NCBI GenBank assembly: GCA_040386535.1
Contig: JAZKFH010000042.1
Coordinates: 96,001 to 160,000, forward strand
Direction of reading: 5' to 3'
Length of the DNA: 64,000 nt
DNA from: Myxococcota bacterium
GTDB lineage: Bacteria > Myxococcota_A > UBA796 > SXON01
This document shows positions 56,844-64,000 of this stretch, one piece after another. Each line of letters opens with the position of its first letter. Position 1 is the first letter of the stretch. Under the pieces are notes generated by a model. That model searched no databases. It was given only the letters and a program-made list of their open reading frames with translations, and was not told the DNA's origin. A program made the translations under genes and the position numbers.

Positions 56844-58483
56844 GAGCGCGCCTCGTCCGGCACCGGGCCCGCGGGGCGGCGGTAGATACGAGCGCCCCCC
56901 TGGGTCAGCTCCCCGCGCGCCTCGGCCACGTGGGTGAGGTATTCGACCACGCTCGGGAGCCGGGTCGTGAGCGCATGGGTGCGGGCGCGCACCTGGGCGA
57001 AGGCGGCTTCGGCGCGGGTGGGGTCGGCGCTGGCGACAGCGGGCTGGGGCCCCTCGGGGACGTAGCCGAGGCCGAGGAGCATGACCGAGTAGGAGTAGGC
57101 CTCGAAACCGTGGTACGCGGGGTTGACGCTCATGGCGTCGGGCAGCCGGTGCTTCCACAACGCGAGGCGATCCGCCAGGGCGGGGGAGATGGCGATCTCC
57201 TTCGTCGCCTTCCAGAACGGCGTGTCCGCGCGGGTGCTCGCGTAGTAGTGCAGCGTCAGGAAGTCACGCACGCCGTCGATACACTCGCCCACGCCGCGGT
57301 TGTAGCTGCGGATGAGGCTCGGGTTGAACGACAGGTCGGGGAAGTGGCTCACCAGCTGCTCGATGCCGTGCTGAATGAAGAAGATGCCGGTGGACTCGAG
57401 GGGCTCGACGAACCCGCTGGAGAGGCCGATGGCGACACAGTTCTTCACCCAGGCGTTCTCGCTCCGGCCGATGCGCATCCGGATGTGGTTGGCCTTGAGT
57501 CCTTCGGCGGCGGGCCCGAGGTGCGCGCGCAGCTCGGCTTCGGCCTGCTCGGGGGTCGCGAAGCGGCTCGAGTAGACGTAGCCGGTGCCCTTGCGCCCGT
57601 AGAGCGGGATGTTCCAGACCCAACCGGCCGAGAGCGCGGTGGCGCTGGTGTAGGGCCGGATGCCTTCGGCCTCGATGTCCTCGGGCACCTGCATGGCGAC
57701 GGCGCGGTCGCAGAGCAACGTGTCGTTGAAGGAGATGAACGGCGTGCCGAGCGCCTTGTTGATGAGCAGGCCCGCGAAACCCGTGCAGTCGATGTACAGG
57801 TCCGCCTCGAGCGCGCCGTTGTTCTGCGTCTGCACGTGCCCGATGGCGCCGTCGGCGCGCAGGCCGACATTGGTGACGTCGTCGAGGATGTGCCGGACGC
57901 CCGCGGTGACGGTGCGCTTCATCAGGAACCGCGCGAGGAGCGAGGCGTCGAAGTGGTAGGCGTAGGGGTATTGGATCTTGTGGTCGCCGAGCGTGTTCTT
58001 CCGGTCGATGTGCTCACGCTGGAACGCGTGCTGCACGCTCGGATCGAACACCTCGCCGTCGAGGAACCGCGGGGACCGCTTGTTCTCGCAGAGCTGCGGG
58101 ATCGAGAAGCACATCTGGTCGAAGGGCTTGTCCTTGTGCAGACGCAGCCACCACTCGGCGAGCGAGAAGCCGTCGACGGTCTCGTACCGCTGGAAGGGGT
58201 GGTAGAAGTCCCGGCCCGCCGCGTTCCAACCCGAGAAACGGATTGCCATCTTGTAGGAGGCGTTGCACTCGGGCATCCAATCGCGCTCTTCGAGGCCCAG
58301 GTAGTCGAAGAAGAGCTTGATCGTGCTGAAGGTGGCCTCCCCCACGCCGATGGTCGGCACCCGGTCCGACTCGACCAACGTGATGTTGACGCCGGCGGGC
58401 AGCGCGCGCTGCAGGTAGGCGGCGGTCATCCAGCCGGAGGTCCCTCCACCGACGATGAGGACATTGCGAATAGACTTGGACAT
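56840..58483 (-). CDS. Flavin-dependent tryptophan halogenase (PyrH/SttH type)
   Basis: IVGGGTSGW, GVGEATFST, catalytic Lys in SYKMAI, YPYAYHFDA, WVWNIP, FVEPLESTG, YHGFEAYS. Confidence 0.93.
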   Translation of the reverse strand: MSKSIRNVLIVGGGTSGWMTAAYLQRALPAGVNITLVESDRVPTIGVGEATFSTIKLFFDYLGLEERDWMPECNASYKMAIRFSGWNAAGRDFYHPFQRYETVDGFSLAEWWLRLHKDKPFDQMCFSIPQLCENKRSPRFLDGEVFDPSVQHAFQREHIDRKNTLGDHKIQYPYAYHFDASLLARFLMKRTVTAGVRHILDDVTNVGLRADGAIGHVQTQNNGALEADLYIDCTGFAGLLINKALGTPFISFNDTLLCDRAVAMQVPEDIEAEGIRPYTSATALSAGWVWNIPLYGRKGTGYVYSSRFATPEQAEAELRAHLGPAAEGLKANHIRMRIGRSENAWVKNCVAIGLSSGFVEPLESTGIFFIQHGIEQLVSHFPDLSFNPSLIRSYNRGVGECIDGVRDFLTLHYYASTRADTPFWKATKEIAISPALADRLALWKHRLPDAMSVNPAYHGFEAYSYSVMLLGLGYVPEGPQPAVASADPTRAEAAFAQVRARTHALTTRLPSVVEYLTHVAEARGELTQGGARIYRRPAGPVPDEARS

Positions 58484-58537
58484 CGAGTGCTCCGGGTTCG
58501 AAGGTTGGGTGCGTGTGCGCCGTTCGAACCAGGGAGA

Positions 58538-58553
58538 AGCAAGGGTCGTGCCA
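58538..58553 (-). promoter_or_regulatory. sigma-54 (-24/-12) promoter of the halogenase operon
   Basis: Minus strand TGGCACG-ACCC-TTGCT, exact consensus spacing, 54 bp upstream of the ATG. Confidence 0.85.
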
Positions 58554-58604
58554 TGGCTGCGGCCACAAAAAAGCCGCTTGGAACCGTGCGTGGGGCCCGT
58601 CGAT

Positions 58605-58650
58605 GGTTGTGCGCGCACAACCTGAGCACGAGCCCGCACGACGTTGTGCG
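58605..58650. promoter_or_regulatory. Candidate activator binding sites (palindromes)
   Basis: Perfect 18-bp palindrome GGTTGTGCGCGCACAACC (58605-58622) and near-palindrome CGCACGACGTTGTGCG (58635-58650). Confidence 0.5.
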
Positions 58651-58853
58651 GCCTCGGAGGGGGGCTCGCTCCGGCGGCGTGCGGGCGCCCCGCGCGGACG
58701 CGGGCAGGTCGGCTCCGGGCGCGCGGCTTGCGCCGCTTGGTCGGCCGGGCCGTTCATCCGCGTGCTCGGGTCACCGGCGCGCCCGGCCGGACCAGCCGCC
58801 GGGGGCGGCTGCCCTCCGCGCCCTTGGCGCAGAACCCCCGGCGCAGGCCCCGC

Positions 58854-59069
58854 CTTCGTCCGCCACGGACGAAACCCGCCTACCTGTTCGACAGGTCCCC
58901 CGACTTCGTCCGCCATACGGACGAAACCCGCGTACCTGTTCGACAGGTCCCTCGACTTCGTCCGCCACACGGACGAAACCCGCCTACCTGTTCGACAGGT
59001 CCCTCGACTTCGTCCACCACACGGACGAAACCCGCGTACCTGTTCGACAGGTCCCTCGACTTCGTCCAC
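58854..59069. repeat. Tandem array of four ~52-bp double-hairpin units plus a partial fifth
   Basis: Units start at 58854, 58904, 58956, 59008 and 59060; each has TTCGTCC..GGACGAA and ACCTG-TTCGA-CAGGT. Confidence 0.92.
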
Positions 59070-59221
59070 GGGCCTCGCGGTGCGGGGATCGCGCGGCAGC
59101 CGCGCCCTCGCTCGCCCCGGCGGTGAGGGTCCGCAACCAAGGGATTCGGACCGGTGGACCTGATGGGTCGAGCGGTCTTCGGCGAGGGGAACGGGCTGTT
59201 CGTGGTGGCGCGATCCGCTCC

Positions 59222-59275
59222 TTGCGCCACTTGAGTTGGCGCAAGCCGTTCGTTGCGCCACTTGAAGTGGCGCAA
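59222..59275. repeat. Two tandem 23-bp palindromes TTGCGCCACTT..TGGCGCAA
   Basis: 59222-59244 (imperfect) and 59253-59275 (perfect 11-bp arms); extra half-site at 59357. Confidence 0.8.
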
Positions 59276-59547
59276 TACCGTTCAGTGGGACGCGAAGATC
59301 CGGAACGCGCGATAGTATCTGGGTAGATAGAGCATTCGCGTTGAGCTGTTCGCGGGTTGCGCCACCGCTGTCGCTCTGTCAGATGACGGCCAGTTCTTCG
59401 ACGGAGCGGCGTCCTTCGGGCGAGAGAGTCCACAGTCGCGCGGTCGACAAGCACGCCAATGCCGACCGAGCCGTCCCCGGCGAGCGCGTTGCAGACGAGC
59501 ACGTGGATGCCGACCGAGCCGTCCCGCGCCGCCTCGCGTCCGTCAAC

Positions 59548-60270
59548 TCACTCGTAGACCTTCGCGGCCGCGAGCATCTCCGCGACGGTGCTCCAGCTGG
59601 GAGTCTCGGGTACCGCTTCGCCCATGTTCCGGTAGAAACCATCCATTCCTTCTACCCAGTACGCGAGCGCGGTCAGAAAGCTGTGAAGGTCGGCGTTCTC
59701 CCAAGTCTCCGGATGGCGCTTGAAGTCTGCCGCCATCTCCTCGATGAAGGTGGCTAAGCTTTGCTGGTCGACGACGCCCGCCGTCCGTTCGCGAGCAACA
59801 AAACCCGGTGCCGGCGTTTCGGGCGGGTCAGAGGCAACCACAGTACGACGGTCTCGGGCGTGCGACAGGTGATGGCGGTGCTTTTCGAGGATTCGGCGAA
59901 GAAAGGGCGTGACGAGCCACTGTGCATTGTGGTTCTCGCTTTCTGGAACAGACCAGTACCAAACGGAGTACGCGTGCAGGTCGATGTTGCGGTCGAGAGC
60001 GTCCAGGGCGCACTGCCAGCGGGCGTCGAACCCAATGCTGCGTCCGAGGTCCTCGAACGACTGGAGGATCATCTCCATCAGAGTGAACCTCTCGTCGTCG
60101 CAGAGCTCGCCCGATTCATAGGCGTCGAGGAACTCGTCGAGCCGTTCGGCATCAGCCACCTCCCACGGCCAGTCCTGCATTTCGGGGCTGTTCGGAAGGC
60201 CGAACCGTTTCGCGAGGGAGTCGATCGCGGCGGCGGACGGAAACCTCCAGAGGTGCTCGGGTACTGACAT
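59548..60270 (-). CDS. Two-domain hypothetical protein (immunity-protein-like domains)
   Basis: N-part QDWPWEVAD..RFTLM..WYWS; C-part WEN..FL.AL..W..MDGFY..PSW..AEML.AAKVYE; lower GC than the flanks. Confidence 0.7.
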   Translation of the reverse strand: MSVPEHLWRFPSAAAIDSLAKRFGLPNSPEMQDWPWEVADAERLDEFLDAYESGELCDDERFTLMEMILQSFEDLGRSIGFDARWQCALDALDRNIDLHAYSVWYWSVPESENHNAQWLVTPFLRRILEKHRHHLSHARDRRTVVASDPPETPAPGFVARERTAGVVDQQSLATFIEEMAADFKRHPETWENADLHSFLTALAYWVEGMDGFYRNMGEAVPETPSWSTVAEMLAAAKVYE

Positions 60271-60696
60271 GGCCGCTCCCTAACCGCCCGGGCGGCGTCT
60301 GCAGCGGTCGCGGCGCCTCCATAGCGGCCGTAGGAGGTGGGATCAGGCATGAGCGGGAGCAAGGTTGGCTTGAAGGATGACGCTCTGTCAGATAACGCGA
60401 AGACGACTGCTGACGTGCGAGGCAGCCTCCGCGCGTCCCCGCGCGGGCTATCTTGGCCGCCGTCCCCCCGGCGTCTGCGACGGGGGGCGCATGTCCCGGG
60501 CGCCCTCGACACCCTTGAGAACCACCGCGATGCTTCGGGCGCCCGGGCCAGTTCCGCCGTCCCCGGCGGAACTGAGCAGCACATCGGCCAGTTATTCGAA
60601 GGCGTGCGATCCCGACGGGCAGGTGCGACCCTCACGGTCCCTGTGGCGCCACACGACACGGCCCCGCGCCTTCTTCGGCGGATGGTACGTGCATAG

Positions 60697-61011
60697 TTAG
60701 CCTTGCGTGTTGATGAACCTCATGCTGCCGCACACCAACCGGAAGGCTGCGTGATCCGCGTGTAGCTCAAGATGCTCTACCCCCTCTACTTCGATAGTTC
60801 CGAGCACAAGTCGATACGGGCCGCCTTGGAGGTTCCCTTCAAAACGAACACAGTCGAGGCACAGGAGTTTTTCGTGGATTGGATAGGCACCGCGATGGAG
60901 CGCCAGTACCATCCGGTGATGGGTAATCCCGTACTCCATCACCCACACGTACCACTGCTCCTGCCGCTCCAGGCTTGCACGCACCGCATCGAGGTGAGGA
61001 TCGTTCGACAC
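60697..61011 (-). CDS. Small hypothetical protein, lower GC
   Basis: 104-aa ORF with atypical codon usage; the TAA stop lies inside GGCTAAC. Confidence 0.55.
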   Translation of the reverse strand: MSNDPHLDAVRASLERQEQWYVWVMEYGITHHRMVLALHRGAYPIHEKLLCLDCVRFEGNLQGGPYRLVLGTIEVEGVEHLELHADHAAFRLVCGSMRFINTQG

Positions 61012-61373
61012 GGAAGCACCCGGCTGCTTGTAGAGCCGCGGAGCCTAACTCGCCCAGCGAAAAGGTGAACCTTCGCCGCGAACGCGCTTTCCTGCTTTCG
61101 CGGGCACGCCGGCGTGTCGGCCATGGTGGTCGCCGTACGCGGCGGTAGGAGCGGCGCGCGCTCATCAGGCCTCGGTTAGCCCTGGGTTTGCGCCGGTACT
61201 TCCGAGCAGTGAGTGCCGGTGCGGCACGGACTCCGGGAGCGGCAGGCCCGGGGCTTCACGCCATCTTCGGCGGGGAGGCTCACGGAGGGCGATCCCGATG
61301 CGTGAAGGGGAGGAGGGAGCGTGCACGTGGCTTGAGTCAACACGCTGATCTGGAGCGGCGCGGACTGGGGTGA

Positions 61374-61421
61374 TCGACTTTGACCCGAAATGCGACTATA
61401 CTTCGGACCTGAAGAGAGGTC
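61374..61421 (+). promoter_or_regulatory. Putative promoter and operator of the Phd/RelE module
   Basis: TCGACT-17 bp-TATACT, then inverted repeat GACCT-N6-AGGTC just before the ATG. Confidence 0.5.
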
Positions 61422-61424
61422 ATA

Positions 61425-61721
61425 ATGCGCGCGATCAGACCGAGCGAGGACGTCATCCCGGTGACCGAGCTCAAGGCTCATCTGTCCGAGGTGGTTCGGC
61501 AAGTGGAGGAGTCGGGTCGTCCTGTCATCCTGACCCGTCATGGCCGGGGCGTGCTCGTGCTGATGTCGGTCCACGACTACGAGGAGATGCAGGACGTGCA
61601 GGAGCGCGCGGAGCTCCAGCGTGCGGTCGAAGCGGCAGAGCGTGAGATTGCGGAGGGGAAGTTCGTGGAGGGCGAGGTGATGGAGCGCAAGTTGGAGAGG
61701 CTCGCGAAGAGTGCCCGGTAG
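61425..61721 (+). CDS. Phd/YefM family antitoxin
   Basis: IPVTELKAHLSEVVRQV..PVILTRHGRGVLVLMSVHDYE. Confidence 0.92.
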   Translation: MRAIRPSEDVIPVTELKAHLSEVVRQVEESGRPVILTRHGRGVLVLMSVHDYEEMQDVQERAELQRAVEAAEREIAEGKFVEGEVMERKLERLAKSAR

Positions 61722-62037
61722 GCGCAAGATCCGATGGGCGCGGCTGGCGGAGCGGGACTTCGACCGGGCCCACGGGTACTGGGTCGAACAAAGTCCTCGC
61801 ACGGGGGCCCGCTTCGCGGCGAGCACGCTCGCGGCTGTACGGGCGATCGGCGAGAACCCGGACCTGGGTTCGCCCGTACTGGAGCTTGAGCCGCCCGGTG
61901 CGTACCGGGCTCGGCTCGCGGGTCCCCTCTACCGCGTCATCTTCCGTGTTGAGGGAGACGTTGTCTCGATCATGCGGGTGTGGGACACCCGCCGCGATCC
62001 GCAGGGCTTGGTAGTGGACGACTTGGAATCACCCTGA
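61711..62037 (+). CDS. RelE/ParE family toxin
   Basis: IRWARLAERDF..NPDLG..YRVIFRV..IMRVWDTRRDP; overlaps the antitoxin. Confidence 0.88.
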   Translation: MPGRRKIRWARLAERDFDRAHGYWVEQSPRTGARFAASTLAAVRAIGENPDLGSPVLELEPPGAYRARLAGPLYRVIFRVEGDVVSIMRVWDTRRDPQGLVVDDLESP

Positions 62038-62449
62038 TCGCTACTACCTCCGAGGCCGAGGCATCGATTGAGCCGGTGGCGTAGGAGCGTCTTTCGAGGA
62101 GGCCGCAAGGTCGCCCGCCGAGCGTAGCGGTGGGAGCGGCGCGCTACGACGTATGGTGCGACTCGCCCGTCACCATTGGCGCCGGTTCTACCGCGGAGCG
62201 AGAAACGGTGCCGCGCGGCCTCCGGGCGAAGCAAGGCCGCCTCGAACTTCGTAAAGTGGTGGCCGGGGGATTGCACGCTTTCGGAGAACCACCTCCTATC
62301 CGCCCCCGCTCATCCGCCATCCCCGACTCCTCCCCTTCGCCGCCGCCGCCCCCCCTCCCCCGCGCGAGGCCTCCGCCGGGCGGCCGCTCGGCGGCCGGTC
62401 CCGCCCACGTCCGCGTGGGCGGACCGAGCGAAGCGAGCCCAGAGGAGGC

Positions 62450-62478
62450 CGACCGCCGGCGGCCTCCGCCGGCGGTCG
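62450..62478. terminator. GC-rich hairpin downstream of osmC (possible terminator or REP-like element)
   Basis: 13-bp perfect stem CGACCGCCGGCGG-CCT-CCGCCGGCGGTCG; second stem at 62401-62422; no U-tract. Confidence 0.4.
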
Positions 62479-62508
62479 CGCCCAGATCCAAGTCAGGGAG
62501 CCCCCCGA

Positions 62509-62931
62509 CTACCCCAACCGCGCCTCCAACGTGATCGTCACCCCCGCCAGCGCCTTGGACACCGGGCACGTCTTCTTGGTCTCCTCCGCGATGGTCTGGA
62601 ACTGCGCCGGGTCCGCGCCGGGCACGACGGCGAGGGTGGTGAGCGCGATGGTGGTGATGGCGAAGCCGGCGGTCTGCTTCTCGAGGGTGACGGCGGCAGC
62701 GGTGCCGACGCTCGTGGGCTTGAGGCCGGCGCGCTCGAGGGCGCCGGTGAGGGCCATGGAGAAGCAGCCCGAGAGGGCGGCGCCGATGAGCTCCTCGGGG
62801 TTGCTGCCGGGTTGGCCCTCGAAGCGGGTGGAGAGGGAGAAGGGCGCCTCGGGGGCGTGGGCGGGCTTCATCGCGCCCTTGCCGTCCTTGAGGCCGCCGT
62901 TCCACTGGGCGCTACCGTTGCTGATGCTCAT
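62509..62931 (-). CDS. osmC: OsmC family peroxiredoxin
   Basis: WNGGLKDGKG, RFE..GSNPEELIGAALSGCFSMA, CPVSKAL. Confidence 0.95.
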   Translation of the reverse strand: MSISNGSAQWNGGLKDGKGAMKPAHAPEAPFSLSTRFEGQPGSNPEELIGAALSGCFSMALTGALERAGLKPTSVGTAAAVTLEKQTAGFAITTIALTTLAVVPGADPAQFQTIAEETKKTCPVSKALAGVTITLEARLG

Positions 62932-62971
62932 GAGAGGCTCCGTTTGGTTGCACGCCTCTTTAGCCCGCCTC

Positions 62972-64000
62972 CTATGCGCCGGCCTCCAAACTCCGCATGG
63001 CCACGGCGCACGCCCGGAACACGCGCCCGAGACGGGTCTGGTCCTCGATCATGGGGAGTTTGGGCCACGTAGCGCGCTCTCCCTCCCGGATGAACAGCGC
63101 GAGGTCGGCGCGGGAGGGATTGGAGACCACTTTTCGTAGCAATTCGGAACGGAAGCGCGGGTGGATCTCGATGTCGCCGCGGTAGTCCTGGGTCATGAGT
63201 GCGTAGGCGCGGTCGGCGGCCTGGCGGACGGGGCCGCTCCAGGCGGGGGTCAGGCGGCGCGCGACGTCGGCGGTGTAGGCGCCCTGGGTGCGCGCGGTTG
63301 CGGTCGCGACGCCGGCCACGGCGGGAACGACGCCCCGCTCGCCCTGCTTGCCGACGAACAACGTGACATGCGGGTTGGTCTGGCTGACGATGAAGTGGTT
63401 GACGTTGTGGAGGCGGGCGAGGCGGAGCTTGGGGAGGTCCCCGTAGATGGAACCGTCGACCCAACGCTCGCTCGGGACGTAGGGGACACGGCTGCCGTCG
63501 GGGCCGCGCGCGTCGAGCACCACGGGCGGAAACAAGCCGGGGAGCGCGCTGGATGCGAGGGCGGCGCTCGACACGAACACGTCGGGCGAGGTGAGGTGGG
63601 AGAGGACGCGCGGCTTCTGGCGGGTTCGTGTGGGGGACACGGAGATGTTCAGCGCGCGGCCGCTGCGTTGGTAGGCCTCGGCGAAGGTCCACTCACCCAC
63701 GTTGTGACGGAGCACCTCGAGCAGGCGCTCGGGATCGAGGACCGCGCCCGCTTCGAGCGCGCGGCGGGGAGAGACCGGCAGCAGGCCGTCGAGCCGGATG
63801 CTGTCGGTGTCGGCGAACATCTGCGCCAGCTCCGCATCCGTACGCGTACACGCGCCGGCCGCGATCATCGCGCCGGTGCTGGCACCCGACAAGATGTCGG
63901 GGAGGACGCCGTCCTCGAACAGCGCCTTGACCACGCCGAGGTGGTGGAACCCCCACGTCGCGCCGCCCGACAACATCAGCGCGGAGCGGCCGTAAACCTG
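62972..64000 (-). CDS. Patatin-like phospholipase/triacylglycerol lipase, 5' end outside the window
   Basis: LSGGATWG oxyanion loop, GASTG nucleophile, WVDGS, NVNHFIVSQTNPH. Confidence 0.9.
   Translation of the reverse strand, partial: QVYGRSALMLSGGATWGFHHLGVVKALFEDGVLPDILSGASTGAMIAAGACTRTDAELAQMFADTDSIRLDGLLPVSPRRALEAGAVLDPERLLEVLRHNVGEWTFAEAYQRSGRALNISVSPTRTRQKPRVLSHLTSPDVFVSSAALASSALPGLFPPVVLDARGPDGSRVPYVPSERWVDGSIYGDLPKLRLARLHNVNHFIVSQTNPHVTLFVGKQGERGVVPAVAGVATATARTQGAYTADVARRLTPAWSGPVRQAADRAYALMTQDYRGDIEIHPRFRSELLRKVVSNPSRADLALFIREGERATWPKLPMIEDQTRLGRVFRACAVAMRSLEAGA

Noticed and set aside
58854..59069. Possible CRISPR array
   Set aside because: Units are contiguous near-identical repeats with no unique spacers, and I found no cas genes in the window.
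60381..60411. dif/Xer site
   Set aside because: One arm (TGTCAGATAA) is vaguely XerC-like, but there is no TTATGT-type XerD arm at the right spacing.

Overview
High-GC bacterial chromosomal window, very likely from a Myxococcota-type organism (inferred from MYXO-CTERM-like GCGC sorting tails, Asp/Thr-repeat lipoproteins, an FHA-AAA+ regulator paired with a Ser/Thr kinase, and a VIT/TPR protein). From the left: a partial FGE-sulfatase-family lipoprotein gene and tRNA-Arg(TCT), followed by an integrase-less stack of toxin-antitoxin modules separated by ~153-bp direct repeats that end like the tRNA 3' end. Next come an ECF sigma/FecR/FG-GAP locus, a LysM-HExxH protein with a HEAT-repeat lipoprotein, the four-gene ligase-associated DNA damage response operon, a starch/glycogen utilisation cluster (two GH13, a GH15-like enzyme, a LamB-like porin), polyamine genes, a peptidase and several lipoproteins. 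The best candidate for a new system is a three-gene operon behind a consensus sigma-54 promoter: a PyrH-type tryptophan halogenase, a PLP aminotransferase and a plant-like GRAS-domain protein with an intact SAM-binding-type glycine motif. Upstream of it are a 52-bp double-hairpin tandem array and a degenerate, cassette-like accessory region with a Phd/RelE module. An AT-rich motif (GATGTATC[AC]) also recurs unusually often inside coding sequences. All assignments come from reading motifs by eye; no database searches were run.
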